A DNA stretch of 64,000 bases from Dictyostelium discoideum. Lineage: Eukaryota. The translations under genes and the position numbers were made by a program. Below the pieces are notes generated by a model. The model was not told where the DNA came from, ran no database searches, and saw only the letters and a program-made list of their open reading frames with translations. Positions 62,883 to 64,000 of the stretch are shown piece after piece; position 1 is the first letter of the stretch; each line of letters starts with the position of its first letter. Where the stretch lies: the NCBI GenBank assembly GCA_000004695.1, contig CM000151.3, positions 5,088,001 to 5,152,000 of the forward strand, written 5' to 3'.

Positions 62883-63775
62883 TGATTTTGATAAATTTAC
62901 AGTTTTATATAATCTATACTTATTATAAAGTTTATAAGTTGCTGTTATGACTATAATGATTGAGAATGAGATTGTTATTGATAGGATAATTAGATTTTCT
63001 TTATATTCTGAATTACTATTTTTATGTTGTTGTTTATTATTATTATTATTATTGTTGTTGTTGTTGTTGTCATTTTTGTTATTATTATTATTAACAATAT
63101 CTATAGATTGATTAATTTTATATTGACATGGGTAACATGAATTTAAATTATTTGGATCTAAAGTGAAATTTGAAAAATTAATTTCAATAGTACTATCTTT
63201 ACCAATTATTGGTTTATATGATGGGATACTACAATCTGAAAATTTTACATTACTATTTGTAAAATTGAAAAATGCAGTTTCTTGAATTATAATTTCGTTA
63301 TCATCATGATATTCATCATCATCATCAGTATGATGATAGTCACTACCATCATTAATTGTATTATTATTTAATATTATTTCAATATTATTAAATAATAAAT
63401 TTTTAATATTTACAATATTAAATAATGTTGGCCTTATTTTAGTTGAAGATGGTAATGAAAAGTTTAAGTTTCTTTTAAATGTTAAATTTGTAAAATTAAA
63501 TTTATTATTATTATTATTATTGTTATTATTAATTGTTGATTCTGTTGTTGTTGTTACATTTGTTTTTATAATATTTATGAAACTATCTTGAAAATCTGTT
63601 ATATCAATTATAGTTGATTCTAAACCACCATTAATTGAAAATGATAAATTTTCATTAACAATTTCTAATTTACTTGTTGGTTTATATTCTTTATTATTAA
63701 GTTTATTATTATTTAATATTTCAATTTCAATTATTGAATTGTTTTTTTGACTAACTAAACTTTTTAATTTTTCAA
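62712..63775 (-). CDS. type I membrane protein (extracellular N-glycosylation-sequon-rich domain, one TM helix LIILSITISFSIIIVITAT, short cytoplasmic tail), last exon; stop 62712-62714
   Basis: I translated codon-by-codon from 63236 to the stop with no interruption (..SDCSIPSYKPIIGKDSTIEINFSNFTLDPNNLNSCYPCQYKINQSIDIV..KENLIILSITISFSIIIVITATYKLYNKYRLYK..ISINSE). Not present in the supplied ORF track. Acceptor AG (plus-strand ct, 63776-63777). Confidence 0.55.
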
Positions 63776-63887
63776 CTAAATGTTTTCAATAATAAAAAAT
63801 TAGTAAATTTACTATTGTAAATATATTACTAATTATATATATATATATATATATATATTGTATATATATATATATATATATACGTAC

Positions 63888-64000
63888 AAGCATCGTTTAA
63901 ATTTACACATGGAGTATTAATTGAATCCCCACAGTTTGTTCCTTCATATGTCTTTGGGTTTAAATTTGAAACATAGATGGTTGTAGTTGAAGTAGTTGTA
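63888..64000 (-). CDS. same membrane-protein gene, upstream exon; continues beyond the window end
   Basis: TTTSTTTIYVSNLNPKTYEGTNCGDSINTPCVNLNDA open to the window edge. Putative GTACGT donor. The 112-nt intron carries a (TA)n microsatellite. Phase-1 join gives T+TT=TTT. Confidence 0.4.

Overview
Organism inference: this is almost certainly Dictyostelium discoideum nuclear DNA. Basis: roughly 75-80% A+T with long homopolymer A/T tracts between genes; coding regions interrupted by AAT/CAA-type poly-Asn/poly-Gln codon runs; short AT-rich introns with GTAAGT/GTATGT donors and AG acceptors; and a recognisable two-domain WRKY gene (wrky1), which would place the window on chromosome 2 if memory of the locus is right. 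It is not prokaryotic, so there are no operons, CRISPR arrays or rho-independent terminators to report. I found no tRNA or rRNA genes.

I resolved about 22 protein-coding genes, most with introns worked out by hand from splice-site consensus and frame continuity. In window order:
- 3'-terminal exon of a BK/Slo-like K+ channel-like gene (+), 5' end cut by the window
- CaMKI-like kinase (+, 3 exons)
- hypothetical 271-aa protein (-, 40-nt first exon)
- SLC35B4-like nucleotide-sugar transporter (+, 4 exons)
- Cys-rich GPI-anchored surface protein (-)
- very large (about 1686 aa) secreted/multipass membrane protein with beta-helix-like repeats and an EGF-like module (-, 2 exons)
- STAT-family transcription factor (+, 2 exons)
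- METTL16-like methyltransferase (+, 3 exons)
- CCHC zinc-knuckle protein with RD/RE/RS repeats (+)
- type I reducing polyketide synthase, copy A (+, 2 exons)
- decayed NAA15 3' pseudogene relic (-)
- FAHD1-like acylpyruvase (+, 2 exons)
- wrky1 (-, 2 exons, 1271 aa, two WRKY domains)
- mitochondrial-type beta-ketoacyl-ACP synthase (+)
- PWP1 (+)
- NAA15, the NatA auxiliary subunit (+, 7 exons)
- polyketide synthase copy B (-, 2 exons)
- TKL-type kinase with a repeat-rich tail (-, 3 exons)
- small HSP20 (-)
- RidA (+)
- small PRT-domain protein (+)
- 3' part of a type I membrane protein (-), running out of the window

The most striking structure is an inverted segmental duplication of about 9 kb per arm. 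It carries two intact PKS genes that are about 95-97% identical. It also carries a decayed copy of NAA15 exons 6-7 and a 31-nt filler fragment copied from a gene 11 kb away at the breakpoint. The two arms bracket about 14 kb of unrelated genes: the NAA15 relic, FAHD1, wrky1, the KAS gene, PWP1 and the 5' part of NAA15.

Many six-frame ORFs in the provided track are antisense or low-complexity artefacts and are rejected below.
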